In this document: positions 1-12,770 of the stretch, one piece after another
How the letters are laid out: each line of letters begins with the position of its first letter
Numbering within the stretch: position 1 is the first letter of the stretch
Assembly (NCBI GenBank): GCA_965644295.1
Contig: CBFFRP010000433.1
Location: 124,001 to 188,000 of the forward strand
DNA length: 64,000 bases
From: Paraphysomonas bandaiensis
Taxonomy: Eukaryota; Protista; Chrysophyceae
Reading direction: 5' to 3'
Made by a program: the position numbers and the translations under genes
Notes under the pieces: model-generated
Database searches by the model: none
Told to the model about the DNA's origin: nothing
The model's input: the letters and a program-made list of their open reading frames with translations, nothing else

Positions 1-443
1 GGTAGAAGGGTCGGAACTTCAAGGGCAGGTACAGAAGGGCAAGGAGTTGAAGTTGGTTTGTATGTGCGATGCTGCATTGGTGGTTGCTTTTTCCGAGGGG
101 GTAGCCTCTTCTTCCTTGGCGGAGATCTCCTCTTCCTTGGTGGAGATCTCTTCTTTCTTGGTGGAAACCTCTTCTTCCTTGGTGGAAGCCTCTTCTTCCT
201 ATGAGCCGGTAAACGTTTCTTTTTTCGTTCCAGCACATGCAAAGTTCTGAGATCCCCACTGTCAGTATCATCCCTCCCCAAAGTGACAATTCGACTAGGA
301 TGTTTGGTATAATCTGAAGACAATATCAGATCTGGATTGTCATTATGAATGGAGTGCATGAGATGATGTGACTTGGTTTTTCTTACTGCGAGATCGGCTC
401 CTACTAAACAGCCCAAAATTACAAAGACCTTGAAACCTATCAT
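1..443 (-). CDS. Secreted protein with basic RKKRxPP heptad repeats followed by a P/S/T-rich region (3' end runs off the window)
   Basis: Manual translation from ATG at 443 is open to the window edge: MIGFKVFVILGCLVGADLA (signal-peptide-like)...ERKKKRLPAHRKKRLPPRKKRFPPRKKRSPPRKRRSPPRKKRLPPRKKQPP...KPTSTPCPSVP. Absent from the ORF track because there is no stop in the window. Confidence 0.7.
   Translation of the reverse strand, partial: MIGFKVFVILGCLVGADLAVRKTKSHHLMHSIHNDNPDLILSSDYTKHPSRIVTLGRDDTDSGDLRTLHVLERKKKRLPAHRKKRLPPRKKRFPPRKKRSPPRKRRSPPRKKRLPPRKKQPPMQHRTYKPTSTPCPSVPALEVPTLL
90..225. repeat. 21-bp coding tandem repeat, ~6 units (RKKRxPP)
   Basis: Repeated cctcttcttccttggtggaga-like units on the + strand. 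Confidence 0.85.
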
Positions 444-810
444 GGTCACTATGATATTTAACAACAAAAACAGATGAAACAGACTTTTAAAACATATACA
501 ATTATGAAACCTGATATCACAATGATATTTACTATGGATATAATATATATTATAATGTATCATCGAACAAATCAAAAGAGTATTTGACTTATTCAATGAT
601 GCCCTGATAGCTCTTGTATATTGTTATGAGTTACAATACCCCTTATATCCATTGATACATCTTGATAGCTTTAACAATATCCATAAGCTTAACAGCTAAA
701 CATATATATGATCCCTATCAGTCCTCTCTATTATTAACTTACAAATATATGAGATATATAGATAAGGTTTGTTAAGGTACACTACATACATTATGATACA
801 TCTACTATAC

Positions 811-948
811 CGTATCGGCAGTCAGCATCTTATTTTTTCGGTAATAAAATGAAGCAAATATACTCTATATAACTGCAGTATATATATGGCTGTAATACAC
901 ATAATTGTTATCTCAATATTAGAGGCATCTTTGAAGGATGCCGATACG
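811..948 (+). mobile_element. MITE-like promoter repeat, copy 1 of 5
   Basis: Perfect 10-bp TIR cgtatcggca...tgccgatacg; core gtcagcatcttatt...ataattgtt.tctcaatattagaggcatc shared with copies at 16735, 26139, 32453 and 43333. Confidence 0.8.
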
Positions 949-2135
949 ACTGCTGTGCTGATTTGCTGATATATGAGCCAAAAATCTTGGAATTTTGACC
1001 AATTCTATAGGAATTGGGATTTTGAGTGTATTTATCTAAATTTACATCCGGCAACGTACTGGAATTTGGACATTTTTTTCGGGGTTTTGGCATTGATAAA
1101 TAGCCTATTTTTATGTGATTTCAAAAGTTGTCAGTACAAGGTGTTGATCTTAACACTCTGCCAATGGATGCACGTAGATATCAACCGTCTGGAATATGTA
1201 AATGTATAAATTGGAATGCGAGCTATGTTGTAACGAGATCATTTCACGTGAATTGTTCGTTGTTCGATATTGGATGTTTACACATGGGTACACTCTGGTT
1301 TTGGAATGTGATACTACTACAGACGATACGGAGCTTTGACCTGAACACAATAGCCTGCTCTCTACACTTTCTAATCAACTTTTCCTGCTGAAATTTGGAA
1401 TGACGTTTTAGAAATGAAGTGCTGCTGTGACATACTCGAGCTCTTCTGTGCAACACAGAGTAAATATCGGATGACCGCAGATAATGGAGCACGGGACTCT
1501 CCCAACAGTCGTAAGGATTGTAACACAAGTAATTAAGCATTTTGAATAGTTTATTTGTAGTGATAGGAAGTTCCGGAGTGGAGCTGGCTTGCACTCTTGC
1601 TTTTTTACTATTTTATTTAAGATCATCGCAACATATTGCGTGAAGTTTATAACGTTGTTACTTCGTAATATTATATTGTATCTTAATCTTACAGTAGTTA
1701 CAGTCTTAAAAAGGGATAGAGTTTAGTATTTAATTAGAAGAGACCCTTAGATGTACGATGTAGTATATCATTATCATTGTTACTTCGGTGGGAAACTAAA
1801 TTTCAGTGTGCACAAGAAATCTTATCCCACTCACTCAGGAGAGAAAGGCGTTGAATCGATTGGTGTCGTAGAAGTTACACATCTATTAAGTGTAATTTAT
1901 TATTTCTCTCCTGTTAAGCTGGCGGTGATTGGATTGTGTTATCGCTCGAAACTGGCGAGAGATACAGTAATGATGACGAAAGTAATCTATTTAAAAATAA
2001 AACATTGCACTTTAAAATAATTAATATTACTTCCTAATATAATTTAATGAATATGAAAGTACTTCATAAATAAAGCTAATGTCATGGTCATAGATATAAT
2101 ACAGAATACAGACAAGCACTACATACTATGGGTCA

Positions 2136-2870
2136 CTACGATTCCAAAACAAAACTCTTTATCTCATCTAACTGAGGTTTCGAAATCGAATTGTTTTTCT
2201 CGAGTTTTGTCAGTATGGCTTTGCACTGTTTCTCTTTTCCTTGCTGGGACAATTTGAGAGCTTTCTTAAGGTCTTGGTGCAACTCGGTTGGAACATTAGA
2301 CAACGCATCCTGAAAAGTAATCTTCGCGGATGATTTCTTTTCACTACGCACACTCGCTATCTGAATACTACAACTTTCGGTTTCACTTAAGTCTGATTTA
2401 CATTGAGTTTCCACATCATCAGTAGCGCTGGGCCCTTCATGTAAGTTATTTCTCCGATTTGATTTGGCGCTTTCGTACATGATGGAGCAATTCAGACTAC
2501 ATGCATCAACTGTGTATTTTAACAATTCACGCGGCAACGGAGTTTTCATTCTAACATTTACGGTGTTTGGAGGGTTCCTGTTTTCCAGAATCCCCATCTC
2601 CCGAAGTCTTTTGAAGGTATACAATCGCCTATTATTTAGCGAGAACAAGTGACCATCAGCTCCAGTCAGTATCGTAATTTTGGGGAGCTGTTCGATAGTC
2701 GTTCGACCTTCTGCAATATCACGTATGGTATCCTCAATTCGACGACCGCATCCACTAAAACATGGTCTATACACAATGGTTCAGGTGAATCTAGGGGCAT
2801 ATGGCTAACATTACCTTATTTTAGAGTGTGTGAAACGCACTGTGATGGGGTCAATGTCTACAAAGCTCAT
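2136..2870 (-). CDS. Conserved hypothetical protein with FTHSKIRP / SLNNRRL motifs (ParB/Sulfiredoxin-like N-terminal domain)
   Basis: Exon 1 at 2870-2815 (MSFVDIDPITVRFTHSKI), GT-AG intron ~2814-2768, joined to the 212-aa ORF (RPCFSGCGRRIEDT...LFSLNNRRLYTFK). Confidence 0.75.
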
Positions 2871-3392
2871 TTTATACTACCTAAACGTTGTGCTTAATCT
2901 TTGGATGTTATTCTCAATTCTTGTGATACCGTTTGCTATGTACCACTGATTGTCAACCAATTTATTAGAGGGATTACATGGTTGCATCTGCCTGTCCAGT
3001 AAAGCAACTGACGGACCGTGTATGGCCAAAGGATATACTATATCGATTTGTGATTGGTTGAGTAGTTTTCTGGAGGACAGAGAGAGTACTGTAGCGCAGT
3101 TCTAGCTACAGACATGGTAATTTGCCGGATATTTTCATACATTATCAAGAAATACCAACTCTTCATATCAAAAAATCTACAATATCTATTTTTCAGGCCT
3201 CAAAAATAAAGAAAATCCGTAACATCTGGTACGAATCGTAGTATGGAACGGGACTTTTTCATATGTGTGGAATATCTTACATATGGGACCATATCAGATC
3301 AAATGGTTAAAGAAACCATTAGAATAACACTCATATTAAGATTAGTTTCTTTGTAGTTTTCATTTCTTTTGTATCAGATAGAGAGTAAAGAG

Positions 3393-4629
3393 ATGAATGA
3401 TTCAATTGACTCAACACCGAGAATGAATCCTTTACAAAGAGGTATCGACATGGAAAAAATTAAACACACTGCAGAGATGTCAACAAGAAAATTAAAAGAG
3501 AATGCAGAAATGTCGAAAAAGAAATTAAAAGAGAATGCAGAAATGTCGAAAAAGAAATTAAAAGAGCTCAGAGACGTCCAAAAGATGAGTATGTATCTCA
3601 GAGCTCCTCCAGTCCCGAAGAATCAACCTGCACTGAGTGAGCGTAAGCAATCAGAATTCATTGCAATTATAGTCGGAGGAACTTTATTGACTATAAATGC
3701 GGGGTTTATTAATGCGGTCACTCTGCTCTACTCGGGTTTAACTACTTCACATGTGACGGGCACATTCACTAAGACTGCTGTATTTGCCGAAACGGGCCAG
3801 ACAAAGATGTTTTTCGAGTTTTTCTTTGTGATACCTTTTTTTATGTTTGGGAGCTTTCTAACATCTCTACTCGTTTCTTATCAAACATTTTACATGGGTA
3901 GAGCATACAATAAAGTGTTTCTTTTGGGTACGTTTTTCTTATTGATATCGTGTCTTTTTGGAATGTACCTACCAGAGCATCAAATTTATACATACTTTGT
4001 TGCAATTGCATGCGGAATGCAGGTGAACTATCATACTTTAGTATTCACTTATGTTAACCGTTGTATATTTATAGAATGCTATGACAACCAACTACAGTGG
4101 TAGTGTCTTACGTACGACTCACATGACTGGAATGGCAACGGATGTGGGAATCGTACTCGGAAAAGTTGCTAAGGGGCAGTACAAAGATGCCTGGAAGTTG
4201 AAGCTTTTTATACCAATGATGATAGGATTTTTTTGTGGTGGTCTGCTTGGAGCAAAGGCGGTTCGTGACCATGGCCCATCGGCATTACTCTTGAATGTGG
4301 CAATATTCGGTGGTACCGGACTGCTATATGCTCTTTATGTGTCGACGTACCATAGAATATCTTTTATGCAAGCTCTGCTGTCATCACAAGATTTGAAACC
4401 TGCTACGGAGCCTACTGCTGTTCCAACTGGAAGTGTGGCATTACCGCAACAGGATATCGAGGCTGGGTTTGACCACGACGACGAGCTTGACGAGGACGAT
4501 GCTGACATAAGTTTGCATGATGATCTCAATCATTATATTGAAAGTGATCATGGTAGTGAAGGTGATGAAGAGCTCAAGATTGAGCATGGAGATAATCAGT
4601 TATTAATTACAGGAATTCAGAGTTTGTAG
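3393..4629 (+). CDS. DUF1275/YoaK family membrane protein
   Basis: Motifs NAGFINAV...TSHVTG and GMQNA...RTTHMTGMATDVG across an intron at ~4023-4074; ~6 hydrophobic helices; acidic C-tail; N-terminal 33-bp repeat (ENAEMSKKKLK). Confidence 0.85.
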
Positions 4630-5581
4630 ATCACAGTAAGAAATATACCAAGTAGCTCTATTGTTGCTCTAATTCCGATGGAAAGGGCACTGTTACACAG
4701 AATTGTTTTTTGATTTCATATTTAAAGTATTATGTAGTATGTGCAATAGATTTATTTGTTAATATTGACATACTAATCAATTTGTAGTTTACTTAAGTGT
4801 CTGTCATTAGCTTATTTCGCATGGTACTATAGAGAGGAATTTCAATGACGACTTACTGTACATACTACAGCATTGACAAAGTATCAAGTGTAATACTATA
4901 TTTGCTTTTAGATATATTTAGTTTTAATTATAATTTTATATTTCTAATTCAACGATAGAAATGTCGAATAAACAACCCCTAAACCTCAAGATGTAAACCT
5001 GCTTAAAACTGAAAAAAGGAATATGCCACTGGTTCTGCATCATTGTAGTCTCTCCAATACATGCACAATGCACACCATCGTTACCAGAGATAAGCGTATC
5101 GCTAAATGTTGCGTCGATTCTTGTGATGCGGCACTTTGTGAATCAGGGCACTGAATTGATTGATTCAACAATAGAGGTTAGAATTCTAGCCTAAATATCG
5201 AAGTTATTCTACATGTTTCAGTTGATTGAGGGAGTGATCAGAATCTATTTGTAACTACCTACAGATCCGCAATATTAGTCGCCAATACTAGTTGAGCACA
5301 CAAACAACAATTGCAACAGAAATAGCAATAGGGATGTCAGCAGTACGAGCTGTATTTACATTTTACTGAAATGAGAAAAGTCTCTGAATGATATAGTAAA
5401 AACTGCAAGCATATGAAAATAACCTACAGCAGCATACCAGTGCAGTAAAATATACATAACGTAATATCCAAAATGTTATCAACTCTTTAATAAATAATGA
5501 AAAATATGTGCAAATGAGAATAACAACTGCGGTTTTCTCTTAAAGTAGTAAGAAAAAGCTACGACACAATACAGCTATCCA

Positions 5582-5908
5582 TCAAAAGTGAACCCCACCC
5601 GTTACACTTATCACACCTGTAGTATTGTGCTTGTGCACTATGTACTCCTGCGGGCCTTGTAAATTCCCTACCACACCCACGACACACTGTGTATACTTAT
5701 CAGACACCAACTCTACAACATCTACATTTCTATACTTACCTCCTACACGACTTTCCTCTACCTGGGCAGTAGGATAAGCATGCGGAACACTCTCCCCTGT
5801 ATCTGTGTTACTAGATGTACCACTGTTCTCATATTGACTGGATGTATTCGATACAGGGGTGGCTGTTACATACACTGGATCAGATGTTTCACTTGTACTT
5901 TTACTCAT
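5582..5908 (-). CDS. Small hypothetical protein (S/T-rich N-terminus)
   Basis: 108-aa ORF with ATG and protein-like composition, head-to-head with the gene at 6546; no family recognised. Confidence 0.5.
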   Translation of the reverse strand: MSKSTSETSDPVYVTATPVSNTSSQYENSGTSSNTDTGESVPHAYPTAQVEESRVGGKYRNVDVVELVSDKYTQCVVGVVGNLQGPQEYIVHKHNTTGVISVTGGVHF

Positions 5909-6545
5909 AATGTGTAAACTTATAAGTCTTCAAATCCTTTTATTAAAGTTGATATATTTGTCTTGTGGAGATATAAGAATGTTTAAGAAGTTGTGGTCTT
6001 ATTCACAGTCATGTAAGTAGTATTGAAATATTATGTTGGATTGTTCTGTTTAAGACATAAAGTTCTCTAGTGTTTCTATCTGTCATAATAGCGTAAAATT
6101 TCATATAGTAAATATGTTTTTACAGAAAATTCCATACTCTGACAGAATATTCGCCATAATTTGTGACAAAATTCCTGGTTTTCAAGAGCCACACCACAAA
6201 GAATATTGGATATATGACTTTTTTTGGCTATTAAAAAACGAAACCACACTCTTTCGGTACTGTACTCTGTACAAAGTACACGTACACATACAGCAGTATA
6301 TGACATCTAGACATTCCTGCTTAGATCCTCAAAGAAAATTCGTGTCAGCGAAATTTCCGTGTATAGTACGTACACCTGCAGTATATGTACAGAGTAAGTT
6401 GTCAAAGAAAGGAAGTGTTAACAGATGTATGTTTTCAATAGGAAATACTCACATCATGAGTCAACACAAGAGTTCATAGTATAATATCATCATATAAGAT
6501 CATCATATAAGATTAAAAGTATTATATATTATTTCAAATATAAAT

Positions 6546-8202
6546 ATGAGTAACAAAGAAGAAGAAAATCATAATATATCATCATCACATATTCATGATC
6601 ATGATCATCATATCGAAGAGGAGTTTGAGGTAATACAAAAAGAACAACATGAAATAGCATCTCAGGTAATATATTCATATTTTACAATTAATTATCATGT
6701 TATTTACCTGTTTTATCATAGCTCTCACGATTATCTGAACTTGTTCAATCGGAATTTACAAAACTGGACCATAAGATTGACGCTGTATGCGAAACGGTAG
6801 AATGTTCCGTCAATATGTTTATATATATCCATATTTAAACGACAGTGTATTTAGGTGTCTCAAGCTACCTCTGTGCTGAATACTATATTAGAGGGTGGAA
6901 ATGAATGTCCAAAGCTTTTTGTTGTAGTACCTATTTCTAAGAAAGCATCCTTACGTGGAGATAAGGGCGCACTACATCAGTGGTACGAAGCCGTCAATTT
7001 GATGTTCAGTGACCCTGGGTTGCTGTTTTGTGATCAGCACAGTGTGAGAATCTACCCTCTATGTGCCTATAGCATGGAACCTGTAGGTTCTGGTGTTGAG
7101 CTACTTCACCCATCCGAACATATACAGGAAATGTCGTTTGCGCTGCAGATGACTGCTGCCGTCCTCAGCTCAGTTGCGCTTTCAAGCTACCCCTTGTCGG
7201 CTGTGTTACCAGGGTTCGATGCATCTATTCAAGCCTCACTGAGATACGTGACGTCGTTACGAGCATCGCTGTGCCTAGTTTCAACCGGTGAGCAACTGCC
7301 CTGCTCGACATCGATATATTTATGTACTATACGCCTGACAGTATCTGTAAATCTGTGTTTTATGTAAGTATCATATAGGTTCGAATACAGGCGAAACTTC
7401 TGAAGTACAGTCGTTGAGTTTGAGTGACACCCAGCAATCTATATTCTCCACTCTGGAAAATGCTGCCTCTGAGGGCAAGGACTTGCGGAAAGAACTGCAG
7501 GCGATGGATCCATCGGTTCTATCGTCTATCAAGCCTGTTGCCAACGCCTCTTACGCCCGATTGAGGAGTATCTTGGAGCACGCCGATCCTGGGCTGAGTA
7601 GTTTAAGGGAGCTTATGTGCCCCTCGGCGAATATGAGTAGCGGTGAAGTGCAGTGGGTTAAGCTTGAGCACGCAGAAGCATGGCGCACTGCGAGGGTGAC
7701 CGGATCGAATGTACCTGTTACTGCACCACGTGCATCATATCAACCTGGGGTACATACTCATGAACAAGAACTTCCTTCTTGTTCTCCAGGTGCTTGTCGA
7801 AATTCATCGCCTGAGTCGTCACCCTCCCAGCCACAGGATGCGGTCCCCCTCAGTCATTGGGTTCTTGTGCAACACCCGCAAGTATCCCCACGTGATTGTG
7901 AAGATGTAGAATCCCTATCTAATTGGCTGCACACGGAGGCAGGACTGCTTCATTCAACAGCTGATACATTAGCTATTGCGCTGGTACTGGACAATTGCCC
8001 TCACTCTGACCGGTTGCGTACTCGGTTATATCAACACCCCAGGTTTGTATTTCCAATGAGGGTGAATGTTTGTATTTTAAATTTACTTTTTAGGTATTTG
8101 ATTAGCCTCGGTGTATGCTATGAGGACGAAGAGGACATCAAGAAGGCCTTACGCAGAAGCGCTGACAAGTACTCCAACCGGACATGGTGCACTGTGTCTT
8201 AA
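6546..8202 (+). CDS. Hypothetical multi-exon protein with C-terminal CaaX box (CTVS)
   Basis: ORFs at 6546, 6855 and 7414 link through GT-AG introns (~6667-6721, 6797-6854, 7288-7379, 8043-8093); N-terminal coiled coil, then CPKLFVVVP...IYPLCAYSMEPVG; ends WCTVS*. Confidence 0.7.
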
Positions 8203-9118
8203 GACGTGTTTTCTTGATATGATTCCCACATTTTGTGACCCGGATCCTGTGTTTAGTGTGAAACTCGGTAATTATGCTCTGGTCTTCTGTCCTGGCTAGA
8301 ATGTTCATATATCGCTGAATTTTGTATTATTATTCTAAAGCGTCGAGAATCAATATTGATTGCTGCGGTAATGCAATTACGTAAATTATATTGTTAATAG
8401 TTGTGTGAAAATACAAAGTCATGATGGGTCTAGTCATCCATTCCAAAATTTAATAAAATGTAATTATTTTCGTACGATAAAGATTTATTTCTACAGTCCA
8501 CCCGCCACAACTTCTATTAATGGGGGAGTGCTATGGAAACCTTATCAGCATGGTCGTTGTACTGTGTAAGTTCATGTCAATCTGAGATCGTATGACAATG
8601 ATTGGTAGTTGGGATAACATGCGAATGGCAATGAATGGTAATTGAGATTAATTATAATTAGTTAATAATTCATAATACAATTGATTTACAATTCAAACAC
8701 TGGGTGTATATTAAATTCAGTTAATTAGCCAGACATTAGTCTTTACCATATAATTATGTCAGAATATGATAATAGTTAACAGCTAGTATAACATGGTTAG
8801 CAGTTATAAACAGATATTCCTTAAAAGGGTCAACATTCCTTAAAATGTTTCTTGATTGAGCGCAATTAGAAGTAGATACGGTCATTACAATGATTAAAAA
8901 CCGCGGAATACAGCGTGACAAGAACATGACTTGGACTAACAGCTGTCGTAGAATTGACTTCACTCACTAGAACTCAATACTATTGAAAAACTTGGAATTA
9001 TACTGTTACTACTTCAAATCGCATTTGTCTATATAATCGATTAATAGTAGTTAATACTCTCCATTATATATACATCTATCGTAACTGGTAGTACTCATAT
9101 AAAATCGTGTTAGGCCGA

Positions 9119-10373
9119 TTAAGATGGAGAACGTAATACATCCGCAATTCGCTGGCGCTGACTTTGTGTAAGGTCTGGGAATTTGATGTCGAACTTAACG
9201 ATCAAATTTCCTCTTGTGTGTTTCTGCACATAGAGAACACGTGTCAGTACAATTAATATACGGGCACATCAGCAAATACCTTTTGATTAGGCATGCCTTC
9301 ACCAGGAATAACTTTCACAAAATCAGGCTTGACGTGTGGCTCACTGATTCGCAGTATGCGGTCATCAAGTGTTCGTACACTAGTGTTGACACCACAGAGT
9401 GCCTGCTCCAGTGTAACAGGGCACTAGACAGAAAAGTTAGGTTACTAGTAATTCAAAAATGTAATACAAATCACACATAGAGAATAATTGGCGGATAAAA
9501 CAACAGTATGGTAACTTACATGGTAAATAAGGTCGTCTTTGTCCCTCGTGAAGTACTCATGTGGTCTCGCTTGTATAACGAACACAATGTCCGCCGGCGC
9601 AATGCCTGGAAGCTCATCTCCGGCCCGTTCAAACGTTATACGGGTGCCATCTTTCCATCCTGGCTTGATTTTAATTTCCTTGTCCACTGCAACTTGCATA
9701 ATTTTCCCAGTTGAATCATCTGCCACCTTTTTAGTAATTCGAACTTTCTTCAATTTACCCGTGTAAAGATCATCAAGATTGACCAATAGGTTGTGGACGA
9801 TTGGTTCCGTTTTTCGTTCTCTACTCGGCCTGCTCCCACTCATGGAATGCATGCCACCCATTCCACCGAATGGCATACCACCAAATCCACCCATATCATC
9901 GGAAAACCCTCCACCTGCCCTGAAGGGGTCGGATGTGCCGAAAAATCGACTGAATATATCATCTGCATTGCTTTGAGAGAAATGGAAGGTATGCCCTCCT
10001 CCTCCACCACCCATATTACTGAAATGGAATCCACCGGGCATACCACCGGGCATACCCCCGCTTCCTTCTCCTCCACCACCTCCTCCTGCTCCCATCTTAA
10101 GTCCCTCCTCACCATACTGGTCATAGATTTGCTTCTTCTCAGGATCTGTCAAGACATCAAATGCTTCACCTATCTCTTGAAATTTAGCTTGTGCTACATC
10201 TTGATTATCTGGGTTTTTATCTGTTAACATGAATCAATAATCTATTAGTCATATGGGAGTATATAACTCTTACCTGGGTGCCATTTTAAGGCTAGTTTCT
10301 TATAAGCTTTCTTGATCTCTGCCTCAGTAGCTTTCCGAGATACACCAAGTATACTATAATAATCTTTTCCCAT
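9119..10373 (-). CDS. DNAJB: Class B (type II) DnaJ/Hsp40 co-chaperone, Sis1/DNAJB4-like
   Basis: Exon 1 [33 protein letters not shown] joined to DKNP (HPD motif), G/F-G/M region, [28 protein letters not shown]; 3 introns. Confidence 0.95.
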
Positions 10374-11401
10374 TATTAGTTTACTTAAATATTATAAATC
10401 TGTTGGTTGATTATATATGAAACTTATGCATATATTGTAATGGTATAGAATTGATATTGATATTGAAGTATGTATAGAAGTCAAAGAAGCCTTCTGCAAC
10501 CTCATTTTCTTTATATATGATGTGGTCGGAATTAGAAAAAGGATTCTAGAAGCATGACCGAAAAAGTGTTGCTGTGTAGGTTGGGAATTCCAACGCACAG
10601 TTAGTTGTGCAGCAGTACATACAATATGATGATGATAAAAATCTGCTATTTTCAACAAATGTCTCCATACACAAAAGTCACCCAAAATAGGGGCTTTTTA
10701 TTAAAAACTGAAAGTTTATATAATCGGGGGTTTTGGCTTAAAATCCCCGTACAAAGCCTATTTCCTACTTTCATTTCCCATAACGGACATTTTTACCATA
10801 CCTCATTGACGATATTTCCTTATTTTATATAAAAAAACAGTAATTTATTAAATCGTCTGGTCTGTCCCATTTATCCAGTGCGTTGTCCACAGTGGGACAC
10901 ACCTTAAAGAGATAGCTATCTATGATACGTTGCTTCAAATCAATCTCTATGTGAAAGCACTCATCGAAACTATTGCTGAAATATTTTATGTGTCACATCG
11001 TAATCCTCCAATGATTTTCTCAGTGCTGTAGATATGGTTGCAGGTAGTGTTCCCTCTAAAAGTAATACGATATTCTATGATCCAGTAGACGATAGGCTCT
11101 AGCAGCATTCTGCAACTCCTCAGGTTAACTACCGTAATACTACAACATAATAGTTATTCAGCCTCATCGAAATGGCTGAAATGATTTGACATACCACGTC
11201 TAGTACACCTTCTTCCTAAATAGAGTAAACCTATGACGAGGTTGTGAGCATTCACCCAGTTTAATAACAATTAACTCGTACATCTCGCTCATATTCATTT
11301 GTATAAAAGAACATCGTTGATGTATATAATACCTCTAAGTATGTATGAACAGGATAAAGTTGAACTTAATAAACTCGAAATAAATTAGTAATAGACTACA
11401 A

Positions 11402-12203
11402 CATGGACAGGGAACAATATATTGCAATACTATTGTTAGATAGCGTTCCATCAATAGTATTGATGGATTTTAAAACCGATCCTACAATACAATTACAATA
11501 TATTGCAATATATTAGTATGACTAATCAGTAGGTAAAGACATCCGTAGATTTCATTTTAGTATTAGTCATTAAGATCACATGACAACCAAACCAACTACT
11601 GCTTATAGCTACTAAAAATCCACCTCGTCCTCATCCTCTGAGCCATCATCGGCGAGGTCAACATCACAATATTCATCCACAGAATTAATTGAAATATGCT
11701 AGTATCCGGCCATAACTGTCGAATAGCTTTCAGAAACAACAGCATATTAGTAAGTAGGATGGATACTTTTGTGCAACACTGATATGATATGATATGATAT
11801 GATATGATATAATATGTTTAGCTGTGCTGAACAGACGTTCCCATGTATTGGAAGTACATACCAGGGCCAGGCAACCGTTAATGACTCGTGGATCTCTACG
11901 TTTCTTAATTTTTTGAGCTGGCTGAAGGTTTTTAGTTGCATAGTCAACATCAGCTTCCTTTGTAGCATAGTCCTTTGTAGTGTTGTAATCGATTTCTCTG
12001 TTATTTATATCCATTTTGCACCCTACAGTTGAGAATCCTCTCTGATATGACTATCATAATATTGATTGCAATATATTGTGAGCTCTTTTAACAGAAACAC
12101 AATTGATGGAATATTTTACCAGTTCACCAATCAATATATTTTACAATATATTGCAATATATTGAACAATGTATTGCAATACAATATATTGTTTCCTATCC
12201 CTG
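11402..12203 (-). mobile_element. Non-autonomous hAT DNA transposon, copy A
   Basis: 8-bp TSD gactacaa at 11394-11401 and 12204-12211; degenerate TIR catggacagggaacaatatattg / caatatattgtttcctatccctg; internal hAT dimerisation-domain remnant TSNTWERLFSTAK; contains a (GATAT)6 microsatellite at 11781-11810. Confidence 0.9.
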
Positions 12204-12770
12204 GACTACAACCTTATGGCTATATACTTTGGCAATACAACATATCAGCACGGAATTCTCAAGGAATGACCTAGCCTAGAATATCCAAAAGTTCTTCTGT
12301 TCGCTCTCACTAATTGTCTCCTCAAGTCATATTCTTTCGTCTTTTCCTTTTCACAATAATTTCATAAGTCTCTATAAAATAGCATCCACTAATCACCGAA
12401 TCTTTGTCTTAAAGTTTCGAGACTATTTCATATCACTCATAATGAACACTCTACAGGCATGCACAGAAGTGAGCTCATATTAAAATTACGAGATATTGGT
12501 TTCAAGGTAGATCAAATGCTTGTGGTATATAATAATATTATTAAAAAACATATATCATATAGTAAAAAACATATAAAAAACAAAAATAAATATTCATCTT
12601 GTGCTTGCAAACATGACGATTGCTACTTGATGTACAGATAGTGTACCGTATATAGAAGGCATAACACCGACAATCTGTACATAACCTCATATACATATAT
12701 TCCCAGACAGTGCATACTCTGTCGGTTTACGGTTCGAAGTAGTTCATAGATAGCAGAGCACAACAAAGCT

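Noticed and set aside
47-250. + strand 67-aa ORF (SSSLVE repeats)
   Set aside because: Antisense shadow of the minus-strand signal-peptide ORF
1000-1630. Overlapping 60-116-aa ORFs here and at 14077-14487
   Set aside because: No motifs, non-ATG starts or atypical composition, no coherent splice model; at most decayed sequence
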